DNA of 64,000 nucleotides from Trichoplax adhaerens. Its lineage: Eukaryota > Animalia > Placozoa. The stretch lies in contig NW_002060948.1 in the NCBI RefSeq assembly GCF_000150275.1, forward strand, positions 1,511,983 to 1,575,982. Direction: 5' to 3'. The notes under the pieces are model-generated. The model saw only the letters and a list, made by a program, of their open reading frames with translations. It made no database searches and was not told the DNA's origin. The position numbers were made by a program, and so were the translations under genes. Positions 38,601 through 52,524 of this stretch are shown in pieces (positions within the stretch are counted from its first letter, which is position 1; each line of letters begins with the position of its first letter).

Positions 38601-40208
38601 TTTTCTGTTATTATACCGATACATCTATTCCAGTAACCAATTAACTTGTGACATATTGCACAAATATCGAATCTAAGCTTCCACTCCTCATATGCCTTAA
38701 CCTTACAACTCCAACGATCGACTATGAAATGCCTAAAAATAACTGGAATAAATGGCGTGCAGCAGTACAATGCATTCTTGCACCACTCTTTTGTTCCGTA
38801 GTGACAAAGGGTACATTACTATGATAAACTGTTGGACTTGATATAGCCATCTGAATGCCAACTTTAATGAATATTCGTTTTATATGTAGATATAAGAACT
38901 CAAATAATTTAATTACGATGATAAATTTTCTTTTGTTTATAGGAGGATTTAAAATGATCACTGCTCATCTACCAGTTTGGTTGTTAGTGCTTGCTATTGG
39001 TCTGCTCTTAGCCGTAATAGTAATCTTGACTACGACAAATGAAAAACCTCCACGCTATCATACAGTAAATTTAATATTATTTGCCTTGGTTATAAATGCA
39101 ACACTTTATTAATTTTCGAACGAAGTATTGAATACATCAATTTCCCAACTTTAGCTTTTTGCCTTTTTTGGGTTTACGGTATCGGTATTATGGATTTATG
39201 CGACAGCAAATGAAATTGTCGATATACTCCAAGTTAGTAGTCTTAAAGCAAGTAATATGATCATGCTAATAAATTCTATTTAATCGAAACGATTTGTAAC
39301 GATTATAATAAGGTAAATATTATTTTATAGTCCTTTGGTCTAGTTTTAGGTATAAGCAGCGTTATTTTAGGAATCACAGTACTAGCTTGGGCTAACTGCA
39401 TTGGCGGTACGCATAATGCTGTAAATTGTCGATAACATTCATACTGAAATATTCTGTATTTGCTAACTAATCTGATCTATACTCTAAATATCCCCTGGCG
39501 CATTGTTAGATTTTGTATCGAATACAGTTGTGGCAAATCAAGGATTTCCACGCATGGCAATGTCAGCATGTTATGGTAGCCCAATGATGAGTATCTTTAC
39601 GTAAATGGAGTGGAACATTAAAGATATTAGGTTTATGTCGTTATACGTATTTATATATGAGTTATTAAAATTCAGTTACAGATAATAACATCTTTACTAA
39701 TGTATTTGTTAACTACATAGTACAGTAGTTCGATTATCGTATAGCTACAAGATCGCATTGCGTGAATATCATTTTTATTATGTCCTTAGCGGATATCTTA
39801 AGATTTGTTATTAGGATTAGGTATAGGATTTTCTATTGCCACGCTTAGAAACGGAGGTGATTTAAAGGTTAGGAGGTTTTACGCTTATTGCTGTTTTTAG
39901 CTAATAAATAACAGTTTCTTGTGATATAATTGTTGTGAGTGAATCATCACAGCAGTTAAATTTAATAATATTTTAATATTTTATTCTAATTTTATTGAAT
40001 TGATTTTTATGCTTCTATTCCTTAGATCAGCCATACGCCTCTTCAATATATTTCCATTTTTTTCTTGTTGGGAAGTTTAATTTCTTCACTAGTTTTTATT
40101 CCTATGTTCGGTTTTAGAGTAAAGCGCTTTTTCGGTATATATTTGATTTGCTTATATGTCATTTACATGGGTATATCACTACTAACGCAGCTGAAGGTTA
40201 TTTTCTAG
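35678..40208 (+). CDS. SLC8B1: Cation/Ca2+ exchanger, NCLX (SLC8B1/NCKX6, CCX) type, multi-exon
   Basis: Hydrophobic N-terminus MQIPGLLLSLLLSCLFLSVS and Cys-rich CDYIHK...QCLFV...DC...INYLSLIYC. Alpha-1 repeat GVTLLAFGNGAPDIFS, WIYATANEIV, and alpha-2 repeat GITVLAWANCIGDFVSN...GFPRMAMSACYG. Confidence 0.9.
37114..37223 (+). other. U12-type AT-AC intron in SLC8B1
   Basis: Donor ATATCCTT, branch-site-like TTCTTTAAC about 10 nt before the terminal AC. Removal joins QNIA|GVTLLAFGNG in frame. Confidence 0.9.
39591..39802 (+). other. U12-type GT-AG intron in SLC8B1
   Basis: Donor GTATCTTT, branch-like TCCTTAGC about 12 nt before AG, and no polypyrimidine tract. Removal gives PMMNLLLGLGIG. Confidence 0.7.
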
Positions 40209-40325
40209 TATGTAGACCTTAAGAATATGAACATAAATCTTTGATAACATGTGTTGTAAGACGATTATTTCTATTTACTTAGAAATAAGAAAAATTTTGT
40301 GCTTTAAAATTAACATTCGAATATA

Positions 40326-40526
40326 TAAAGCGCTTTTAGGTACATATTTGATTTGCTGTATATCCTTTACGTGGGTATATCACTACTAACGCAGCTGAAG
40401 GTTATTCTTTGATGTGTAGACCTTAAGAATATGAGCATCAATCTTTGCTCACACATATTGTACAACGATTATTTCTATTTATTATAAGAAAAAATTTTGT
40501 GCTCTATAATTAACGTTAGAATATAT
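40326..40526 (+). pseudogene. Degenerate tandem copy of the SLC8B1 last-TM, stop and 3' UTR segment (template 40120-40325)
   Basis: Shared blocks include TAAAGCGCTTTT, ATATTTGATTTGC and GGGTATATCACTACTAACGCAGCTGAAGGTTATT. The copy has small deletions that shift the frame. Confidence 0.8.
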
Positions 40527-43500
40527 GGCTTTAATAATTATAAATTGTATGGCATTATCGATTTTAATGGACTTTACCAATGAAAATATTTTGCTCAAGG
40601 AAGCCAAAGGTTGATAATACCTTATGCCTTGAGCAACATAAATTATGACTCAGTACTAATGAAATATTTGCTCTAATTTATTTTAAAATGATCTCACAGG
40701 AATCATAAAGTACTTAATTCATGAAAAATTTCTCACAAATTATTTATTTATAGTAATTGTAAAATCAATGACTTGTACCATCAAATTTTTAAAATCAGGT
40801 GATTTATTAAACCGAATGATCAACGCGAATATGTAGATGATATATGAAGCTGATACGTTCTTAGTGTATCCAAAATCACTTTATATTTAACAAAAAAAGA
40901 AAAAATTGCATACTTTCGCCAATAATATTGATGATGGAGTTAAACATAGTTATAATTAAATTGTGACAATTACAGCAGTCCATTGTGTATCATCATTCAA
41001 TGTGCTAGATAGGGATTGAATTTTAAACAATTATCAGTATTTGATAATACAAGTGAAGTTGTATATTTTCATAATCAAAAATAAATTAATTTACTATATT
41101 TAATTCAAGAAAATTGCTAGTCTAGTCATTAACCAATATTCTATTTTAATATAGGGATTAAAATTGCATCTTCATTTGATACTAGCATTTATTACACTAA
41201 CTATATGAGAAAAACGAAACACTGATCGAAGAAATCATGTTACTTGTTATAAAATTCAGTTTAAGAAATACAAACATATAGTGTATCACTTGTTGACGAT
41301 ATGTGAGTATGAATTTAAGCTATTTTACAGTAAATTTGTTATAGATCTGTGAAGAAGTTCATCAATAAAATTTAAACAAGTATAACCGTACCATTGCTAT
41401 ATAAATGTATCACTTAACCAGATGTTTTAACTCACACAATTCCAAGGTAAATTCTACCATAAACAGATAATATGCTGCTCACGGATATTACCAAGCCACT
41501 TTCGATGCAACTAATTGCATGGTCAAGTACTTATATAGTAATTATTATTAATAGATAACCAGTCGATCACTTATTTAAGTAAATCATTATAATTAAGTCT
41601 ATTGGAAGTGTAGTTAAATAAGAAAATAATATTAGCTGTAGAACTGAACACCGATGGATTTTATTATAGAATAGCAAAGGTATATTATTATAAGCTAGAC
41701 AATATTATTGTAAATACATTCTCGATTTGCTACTTTACAAACGTTAATTTAAAACTGATTCTAAGAACTATCTTGAGATTATTCATAAATAAAATAAAAT
41801 AAAAAAAAATCTAGTTTTAAATCTTAAATCTTTGAAGGCTAGATCATGCCTAGAACTTTAATGTTTTTAAGTCATTCTCTTGCTGTCTCATCTTGATGAA
41901 TTAATCATCATTTCCAACTTATAATGTTTTGGTCGTGAATCTTTCAAGATTTCATCGTATAAAAATATAAAACTATATCAATTCCATATTATAATTTTAA
42001 TTGTTAACATTGAATAGTACACAATACCCTTATTGTTAGTAATATATATGACCTTGTCATCTCTTATTCATTAGCTAAGAAATATTCTTTTTCATTGCCC
42101 TTTAGTAGTGCAGCCTCTCTTGTTATTTATTTCATTTTTCTAATTGAAATTCCCAAGATTGAATTAAGAGAATTATTGCATTAGTCCGTGAGTACGTAAA
42201 CGCTAAATTTTCGGTTAAGGTTATTATTTACAGTTATATTGAACTTGGTAATTAATATCATGATTTGACATCCTTTACACAGTTTAACAATAAATACAAT
42301 GCAGAATTTATCATCAAATAATTACAGAAAAATGTAGCGTTGTATTGTAGTAAAATTCGATGCTAACATAAAAAAGCTCTTAGTTGCACATGTACTCTAT
42401 ACAGTGTGTCAATTTTCCTGATTGATTTATTATTCAATGATAGGTGGTTATGATCACTAATAATACTTAAAGTTAGCTACTGAGTCTAAGAAATATAGCT
42501 GAAGTGAAAGAATAATATATGTGTTGGGAGAGGTTTATAAAACCAGTAAGACTGCGGCATAAAATAATAGTTTCAATACAAAAATATGTAGCCAGAGATG
42601 AAGAAGAAAATTGACTGAATGTAGATAGTTTATGAAATCAGTAAGATGTGAAAGTAATAGTTATATAGTGGTATATTGGATCTCGAAAATACCGTTTCTA
42701 TAGACCTCTCTTTTTCCTGAAAAACAATACGTATATTTTACTATTTAAATTAAATTTCCTAAATGATTAATTAAAGTATCTTTTCTGCTATTAGTTACTA
42801 TTATCTACGGCGCCAAGTGTTAATGAATAATTACCGCCGATCCTTGCGTCAACCAGGATATTAGATTAACATGTATAAATATGTACCATAACCTATACTA
42901 TTAAGTCTTCATAGCAGATATTCGATATTTATTGGTTACTTGAAAATTTAATCAAAATTGTATGTTAACATTTGATATCTTGATATTAAATCATAATTAC
43001 TTCTCAGCAACCTCTAAAAGTAATTCATTCTGTCAACATTAGTTGATATACGTACATAATATGAACAGTTCAGTTCTTCGTACATTTATATCATAGACGT
43101 ATATATGTTAATACTAAGGTACAGTATCAAGTTAATGTATTCTGTTTTAACGATTTTAGAATTATAAGCATAAGTATCAATCAATAGTATGGAAATCAAT
43201 TTAGCAAAATTAAAATGTGGACCAACAATGTAATCAACTATTTCCATTACTTAAACAATATTATATTGAATGATTTGAAGAGAAGTAAAGCTTGATGTTT
43301 CCTAGTATGCATGATTGTATATGCTCTTTGTATATGCTCTTTGTATAGCTGCATAGGAGTAGTAAATTACTTTGGTATATATTGCATAACTATTTCAGAA
43401 TTAAATCAATAGCTCTATAACATTAACTATAATAATAAAATAAAATACTGGCCGTCATCATGGAAGAAGGATGAACTGAAGGATAATCATATTAAATAGC

Positions 43501-44350
43501 TAAATTATAACCATCTTAGAATTGATCATTGTAGTTAACCATTAAAGATTGACTATCATTAATTATAATGGAAAATATCGTTAAGAGTTTATGTGAACGG
43601 CATCGATATTACTAATTGAAGGGAAAGTCATTTCTTTCTACCCAGTAACGATTAATGGAATAGTATTACATCTAATTTCTATCATTGTGTTATGATTTCT
43701 TTTTAATTAATTAGTAACAATGAAGACAATACAATGTATCATTTTTGGTATGATTGATTCTATGCCATTACTGTTATCTAATGTAAAAGTTAAAGCTTTC
43801 AATAATTATTTAAAGAAGTCAATTAAACAGGTAAGTTACATTCAATCAAAATTAATTAATTATCAAGAGCTATCGAAGCTTAATTATTAACAAAAAATTT
43901 GACATATTAATTGTTACCATTATTAAAAGTTTCAATATTGTTCCATTTCTTGTTGATATTTACTAGTATGCAACAGTTGACAGTATCTTGAAGAAGGATT
44001 CGCGAAAATTAGTCTATCGATAGTGTAGTATAATAATAATTCATAAATAATTAATTATCTGCACATGTGTTTTACTAAGTTCACGATGATAGCTTTATTT
44101 ATGCAATATTTATATCCGACGGTTCCTTTGATAATTGTTTTCTTTCGGCTATTTTTATCATTTTCGATTGAATCGATTTAGATGAAAAGTGTGGGCACCA
44201 ATGTTCATACTTTCACAATCTATTTAAGCGATGGAATAAAAAATGCAAAGTCATCGTTCTAATCAATTTATATATTAGTGACAGTGTACAAGCATAGCCA
44301 AATTCCAACTTTCATCTTACCGATATTAACTACCATCTACGCGTACAACT

Positions 44351-46771
44351 ATGGAATCAACTGAGAATTTGAGTCTATCTATGGCGACACCTAATAGCTC
44401 TTGGAATTCATCAAGGAGCGCTAGTGCTGTATTAAATCTACCGACGTTAATTTATCTACCGGAATATGTACTCTTCACTATTTTATCGTTAATGGCCATC
44501 ATTGGTGATACATTAACTTTACTAGCGATTAGAATGAAGAAAGTGCGTGTTCAAAATGATATTTTAATTCAAGCATTAGCCACCTATGATATATGCAACT
44601 GTTTATTCGTTTCTCCAGTTGCGATTATTCCATTTGCAATCTCATATCAAAGTATTGACGGCTATAAATTACTTTGCAAGATAGTCGGTATGGCTCGCGT
44701 TTTTTTCAATGTTGGTTCGCTTACCGTTGTAGTATTAATGGCTATGGAGCGGCGATTAGCTATTACTAGTCCATTCTTGCATCGTATTCGTATTAATAAA
44801 AGAGTTATTCGAAAAGCTATTATCATTGCAAGTCTCGTTATTATTACTGGTGTCATAGTTCCGAGTTTTCTAGGAGCAGTCCATTATGGACCAATTGATA
44901 GACATGGAATGATTTGCTACATTCAATTTGGCCAATTTAATATTTTAGCTAATGGTACAAATACTCAGTCTAGACTAGGATCATTTATTGCTAATGCTAT
45001 TGTCACTATTGTTGTTGCCATTTTAGTTATAACGTTGGTCTGTATGAATGGGCAAGTAGTAAGTTTACTCAGTCAGCGTTGCAAAATTATGCAAGATAAA
45101 GGAAACGAATTATACTTGAATAAAGTTATTAATTATTGTCCACTTTGTAAGTTGATGATTTTCATCTCAGTCTTAGCATTATTGGCTTATGCTCCCTACG
45201 TGGTAAGATTAATAAGTTGATCAGAATAATTTGCTAAACTAAAATCATTTTGTATAAGCCCTTCAATTAAATAACTTTACAGTTAAATACTATAGTTAGA
45301 GATGAGGACATAGGCTATTTGCACTAGTACAGTAGTATCCTGGCTACCATTAATTAAAATTAACCTATACAATTTCGACAAAATTATCTGCAACTAAAAT
45401 AATTTTAATAACTAAACATAAAAATTTCCTATCTATTTCGCAAAACCTATGGTAACTTCCTTTACCTATACAATTATATTGATTGGATATAAGAATACAC
45501 ATGTATCTAGTACCGTGGTATAGAGCTAGTCTTTGTGTAGCTGGATACAATGACTAATCAATTAATTTAGGAATGCTCTCATTCGTACCATTTCAATAGT
45601 GCTTGTTCTACTTATTTCTTCGTACTATTACACTATATCGTATAGTGACGGCACATTACTACTTGTAATTTATGCGATTGCATATAAATTCACCTATTTA
45701 AAGTAGGTAGTTTAGATTTTAAACCACTCCTGGATGGAGTTATATCTAATGATAATTATGGCGCACATATTAATTGATAAAGTGAGGTTGATGATTAAGT
45801 ACTACAGTAATGGATAGGTAGTGATTCATTGTATTCTAAAATAGAAATTAATTATCACCTTGTAATATTTAGATCATGGGTTTTAGTAATGCTTAACGTT
45901 CCATTAGAAACAACAGATTTTGCTTCTATGTTTGTTAATTAGATACTATTACCATTTTCTAATCATTTTTATACACCAATTAATTAATTGTTTCGATTCG
46001 AACATCTTTTATGATGATCAGATTTATGGGGTTGTTAGCTCATTTGGTGTTCGCCTTCCGCTACGAGCCGAGATATGGATTTTTAATCTATTTGTATGGC
46101 TAAATATGTCCTTAAATCCTATAGCCTATGGGATGGCCAGGAAGCAATATCGAACTTACTACTTATACTTTCTCAAGAAATCTGTCCGAATTATGACATT
46201 TCGCTCCTCAAAAGATATTAAAGGTACAACAAAAAATAAGCCTATAACTCCCTTTTTACTAACTTACCTCACAATTAACTACTGCAAATAGTTAAATTAT
46301 TTGATATTACCGCGTGTCTCAAGGCTTCTAATTTTAATCATCATTACTCCGATAGATCATATCTTACTGAAATTAATTTACTTGTAATCATTTTTGAATA
46401 GTGATTGTAATACCGTCATGAAATGAAATAACATCATTTTACTATAAGCTACCATCACATCGAAATTTTTCTGAAAAAATTTATTATTAACGTACAGTAC
46501 CCAGGGTTATACTCATTTTTAATGTGTAATATAGTGCAACGATCCAACATTAAATGAATTTTGTTCTCTATCATTTATTTTAAATCACTATTTTGTTATA
46601 ATTAAATTTTTAGTTGTGGATAATGAACGTTACTGTGTGGAAGCTGCACACGATCTTAAATCAAGTACTTTTACTAAGACGACCATTTCTAGACTTTCAT
46701 CAAAGTCATGTTCCATTGTTGCTAATCGAACTAAGCAACAGAGAGTACCTGAAGAAATAACATCGTTTTAA
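44351..46771 (+). CDS. Class A GPCR, prostanoid-receptor-like; exons 44351-45202, 46022-46222, 46614-46771
   Basis: Seven hydrophobic segments, N-terminal sequons (NLS, NSS), LATYD in TM2, LCK at the top of TM3, MAMERRLAI, ECL2 Cys, and TM7 NMSLNPIAY. The Ser/Thr-rich tail ends in ITSF*. Confidence 0.88.
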
Positions 46772-48031
46772 TTAGGATTCCTTGCTGGCTTAATTTGACT
46801 TAATGACTGCTAGAAAAGTTTATGCCTGTCTTCTCTAGTAGTAGAATTCTATATCAAATTATGGTAGGAAGTATTCAAGAAAGCTCATTCTAACCTTTGC
46901 AATACTCCCGTGTCAGTACTGTTATGATTTAGCTTAAACACAGGAACTGATAAACATCATAAACCATAATTATGTTAAATAATAAACATTCGTCCAGTGT
47001 CGTAGATAAGAAGTGTTTTTTCTGTTATTACTAAATACTGGTATATGTTAGTAAAATAATTTTATTAACATTCAGGTATCATTTAATCATTTATAGCTTA
47101 AGATAGGCAAAACTGTTCCTGAATATTGCTGATAATAGAACAAGATTATCAGTTTCGTGTATTTATACAGAATCACCATTAAAGCAAACCTTGTCTTTTC
47201 TGTCGTTGCTGCAGTATTAGGAATAAAAGTAAATTTCTCAGTTTCTCATTCCGTATAATTATTTACGTATATCTTACATGCGAGCTGCTGTTCGTGATTA
47301 AATTAATCATAAAAGCAATCAGCTTCGTTAATTCATGTACCATTGTCATAGAGTAAGTATAATTTTTTCTGTCATCCCTACTGTCTAATCATTTACATTT
47401 TGAAATGTAATACGGAACAGCTCTGAAAATATCGTAAAGCAACCAAAAAATATCATCAATATGTAAGCCTTACATAATAATGCAGTTGGCAATTATGCAT
47501 ATGTGTAAAAGTCAATGTCATATTCTTATTGTAACTGATGGATTATCCTTTTGTATATTGCATAATATTTTCCTTACTCATTGAAATACAGCAACGTGAT
47601 CTTGTAGTATCTCTAAATTAATGCTAATATTAGACTTGATACTTTCTTACTAAATTGCTTTACGGAGATAGTGTGCAGTGAATCAGTGAGATATTGATAT
47701 TAAGGGTTAAGTTAAAAATGTATTTGATAATTTCCATGTATTTTATCGTGTGAAATTACTATTTCCGAATCCAAGTGCCACCAGCTGTACTAAATCTGTA
47801 ATCATGCAGTTAGAATTTTAATAAAAGCATCCTTACTATTGCCAACGTTCTTATTTATGAGATCATTTCTCACATAGCTTTTTGACCGAAAGTTATAGCC
47901 AAGACAATATTGTAGCTGGAGATTCCGAGCTGACTTCCGTACGAAAGAATTACAATTGCAATTGGCTTTATAATTAGTTATACTCGTATATCATTTTATT
48001 TCGTTTCCGATCGTAATTATTCAACTGAAAC

Positions 48032-48177
48032 AATTTTACTTTATTATATTAAATGTTTTAAAGAATGATTATAGTTATTCTAAGGGTATCGTTCATGGTC
48101 TAATTTTACTTTATTATATTAAATGTTTTAAAGAATAATTATAATTATTCTACGGGTATCGTTTGTGGTCTAATTTT
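48032..48177. repeat. Tandem duplication, 70-bp unit x2
   Basis: AATTTTACTTTATTATATTAAATGTTTTAAAGAAT...GGGTATCGTT...TGGTCT occurs twice. Confidence 0.9.
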
Positions 48178-49536
48178 GGACAGATCATCCAAGGTATTAT
48201 AATGATTTGCAACCGCTCGTTGTTTAGCATTAGCGGTTGCAATTTTTATACAATTAAAATATTAAGAAGTAAACATATAAAGAATATAGCCCTTAGGATG
48301 AGTCTTAAGCTTTGTGAATTTAGTGGATCTGACTTATTAAAAATCAAGAAATCGAGATATGGTACATGATAAGGTATTATATATTAATGCACTGGTATAC
48401 TAACGCATACTTATTTTTAGAATATGAGGCTTAAATATTGAGAGTCCGTATTGCAACGTTCTTGCATAATGATAGCTGTTAAGAGCCCATAACATATATC
48501 GCTTTCCCTCTCTATACTTCGATATAGTATAATGTGTACTTACAAATTTACTACACGATTCACTTATTATCTTCTACATACTGCCGACAAGAAGATTGAG
48601 ATGTTATCTTTGTAAATGTCACGAGTTAAGCTCTAATGCTAATAGATCCATTTATATAGCGTACACTGTACACTTGTTTCGCTATTTCATCTTCAATAGT
48701 TTATACAGCTTTAATGATCCCTAGTACATCCAGTCTGCACAAACAGGCTTATGCCACTGATTGTACTGGCACTTCGAAAGTGCTAAGATTAGTGCAGTAC
48801 CTATGATACAATAGCTATGTTAGCACCATAAGGAAGAACCTTTAATGGTTAGGACTTCCAAGTGTTACGGTATAATACACCATCGAGGATATAAAAGGTG
48901 AGAGTTTTTTAAGGGAGGGATGGATGACATGATACTGAGAGCCAATAACATCGAGACTGCTACTGATCAATTTATCTGATCCTATCTAGGTTATTCGCAT
49001 ATGAAGATTGAGAGGAATATAACGGCCAGAAAGCACATACTAATGCATATAATGCTATATACAGTATTGTAATTAAAAGGATACATAACAATAATTTTAT
49101 AACTCAGATAAATGCTTTAATGATGGTTATCATTGCTTGTCCACGCAAGTCTGCAGCGTTTCGCATTAGTGTTTGCAAGCGGTCATTGAAAATTCATACG
49201 ATTGAGGACCAGTTCCTCCGTTACTTATAACCACATACTGTATATTTTATTACAATTCTGTATGTGTTAGATAACAAATGAAATTCTTAGACTTTTATTC
49301 GCATAAAATTATTCCAAAAATATATAGTAGTTTAATTTAAAGCAACCTTATCAATGTTGTAGTACTTTTATAATCATAATAACAAGTGACTAATGCAGAT
49401 TCTTTGATAAGCCATACTTCTTAATCGACGAGCAGTCGATCAAGTAAGTAGGAGATGTATTTAACATATATAGTGCAGCAGATAATAAATTCGTTCGTGT
49501 TCTTTTAAATTAAATTAAAAAATTTTAAAATCATGT

Positions 49537-52016
49537 CTACTTTCGTAATCGAACTTTGACCAGTAACTCAACAGGACAACCGAATGCCTCTTCTAAATCA
49601 GCCTTGGCCTCTTCAGAGATCGTCCTAATTACTTTACCACGAGGTCCAATGACAATGGACTACAATATGGCATTTGATATGCACTTATAAGTATAAATCT
49701 AGCTTATACGTATATCATAAATAGACATTTAATGCCTTACCATTTGACCATTTCTTCTGCAATCAATTGATTGATGAATCCTTAAAGTGCCGTTATCTGA
49801 TAAGTGCCAAAATAGATTGCTCTAATGATCAAGAATAAATCAAATAAGGTTAAGAATTACATAAGGATTTAATAATTATGATTAGCGGCTACACTTATAG
49901 ATACTATATACCTGCTTTAAAATATATGGTAAATCATGCGGCAAGTGACCTAACAGTTTTTCTCGAATTATTTCTTCGACAAATCGCGAAGGTGAAAGTG
50001 AGGTCAGCTGTTTCATATTATATTGCCAATTACCAGGTTTTGCTTGCGAAACAAGGTATTCCTGTTGAAAAGGTTATAAACTGGGATTAAATTCCATATT
50101 TAATTCCAGATAATTACTGAAGTTTAGTTGATAGAAGCAATAACTAGTGATGAGTACCTGCAGCATATCAACGCCGTCGCCAGTCCGAGCCGATATCATA
50201 AATACTTCTTTAAAGTTTTTCCATCCACCATTTTTACGGACGGATTGCTTTTTTAGAGAGTTATCAGCATTTTTAATTGACTCATCAACAATAATATAAC
50301 TTTTCTTCTTTGGTGCAAGTTTAATCGTAGGCTCTTTTAATTTAATAGTTGGTTTAGTTTCTTGATAATTATCTGTTAGTTTATCAATTAAATCCAATAA
50401 AATCTCTTTACGAATGACGTCAACTTTATTCAGTACCAGTACCGATGGAATAGTATCGAATTCATGTAAAATTTCTAAAATCTCTTCAGATAAATGATCT
50501 CGTGTGCGTTTATTACCTACATCAACTAGCACTGCAACTGCAGCACATAAAAAATTCAATCAAGATTTGCCTCACAAAATATCCTATTCACTGATGAAAG
50601 TTATACTGTATATTCTATTTATTCCTACGCAAATCAGCATCGGTTGCACAATCTCGAGGTCCAGTTGCTAGTGCTTTTGACATATAATATCTGTCGTATT
50701 AGATAAATAACAATATAAATTCTTAAACGATAGCAAATTAGCTTATTAGATGATGCCAAGGTAAAGATATTTAAACGCTTACTTTCTTCTAATGTCCCTA
50801 GATAATGTACCAGGACTGTCTACCAAAACCTATCATAGTTTAAGTATAATTGGAGTATTTTAGACATATAACATTAGCTATTGATTATGACATTCTACAG
50901 CATTATTTAGTAACTAATCAATTTCGTGCATAGTTCACAATTAGAGCACTCTTACTAGTTAATAAATCTATCAGTGCAAAGCCAATGAATCCTTAATGCT
51001 AAGTTACTGACTATTTGTGTAGATCCGAACGTTATGATACCAGAAGAGCGTTCACGAGTAGTTTGTGGCTTGCGACAAACAGGAACAACCTGATCGTAAT
51101 ACAGTATTGTTAGTCAGTTTACCATATAATCACTGTTTTAGTCCACGATTGATTGACGTTAATGAATAGGTTCATTGAATGTACGGATTATTGGCATAGT
51201 GAAGGATGAAAACAAAAATTGATTAATTATCCATGATGAGAAGTAGTCAATAATAACATGGTACCTTTCTTCCTACGAGTACATTAGTTAGTGTCGATTT
51301 GCCAGCATTAGGTTCTCCTAGTAATGCAACTTTTAAAATCTTGGGCGAATGTGGCTGTCGTGGTTTTGGCGCAACAGTAATTTTAGGATCTAGAAATTGG
51401 ATGAAGTTATTTAGTAGAAGTTATCGTAGTAGAAAACCTTGGTATTATCCTGCAACAGTCAGTAAGGAAAATAGGAATATCTTGTACCAAGATAGGGCAT
51501 ATTGAGAACACGTTTTATTACAGTCGCATTTTAACACAATTAAATCGCATAGTCTAAGCTCATCTAGCTCCATACCAATACAGTTGCAGTATATGATTAA
51601 TTTATTTCAGGTTCACCTATGATTGGCACTATCTGATTATCGTCCAAATCCTTAATTTTACAATTATTCAAATTGACATATTGCACGCTTGTTGTTATTG
51701 TAGAGCGGATTCCTCCTATAGAGGGACATATTAATAAGGCAATCGTTACATGAAGCGATTAAATCATTGAATCAAGGGAAAAAATGAAATTGCTGCCTCA
51801 ATCTTGATAGTTGTCATTATTAATTATTATTATTTCGTATGCGTGTAGCTCCCAATCATGCTTAGATACAATTGCAACATGGACTATCAATACTACATGA
51901 TTTCAATATTTCTTAATGTGCTAACCCTGAAATTGATTGACAGCAGTAAAAATACAGCTCGCCTGGTGATGTCTTGGATGGAGGCATCTCCGGCTAAAAT
52001 AGAGTAGAACATCCAT
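49537..52016 (-). CDS. ERAL1: Era-like mitochondrial GTPase, multi-exon
   Basis: G1 GEPNAGKS, G2 PQTTR, G3 DSPG, G4 NKVD, G5 ISARTG and the KH segment [13 protein letters not shown]. The Arg/His-rich N-terminus resembles a presequence. Confidence 0.92.
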
Positions 52017-52524
52017 ACTAGGATGGAATGATGTTATTCCAAGAACTACTACTGTTATCCTATGACGAAAAGGGCAAGAAACGAGGTGGTCGAGCTGAGC
52101 AAAAGATTGCACAAGCAGCAGCCCCTGAGCCACACCATCGCTTTCAGCAAATCCTACAGTACAATACTGTACACTGTACACTATTGTACTGTACTGTACT
52201 GTACAGTATTACTGTCTAATTTTATAGTCTGTTTTCCGTCCGTCTAGATCTGTTTCCAGACTCGGGTAAATTGCCCGGGTACCCGGCCAATTTTTATATT
52301 GATGGTATGAAACGGGTACCCGGGTCACAAATTTCCCACGGGTTGCAATCCCTAGTTGGTGTTGGTCGTAACAGTATACTCTTGTGTAGTGATCCAGTAG
52401 ACTGTATGGCCATCATCCATCGCTCTCGGGACTCGTTGCGACCAGGCTATGCGAAAGTGAGAGCGATGAGATTCGCCAGAGGCGGTTGTTTACTGTATCA
52501 TTTTTCTGATCGCTACAGTAGTGA

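Noticed and set aside
36907-38961. Several track ORFs within SLC8B1
   Set aside because: These are intron-exon read-throughs or antisense frames of the exchanger gene.
40530-44340. Long spacer upstream of the GPCR (and 46800-49500 downstream)
   Set aside because: Very AT-rich, with no convincing exon chain, RNA gene or transposase fragment visible by eye.
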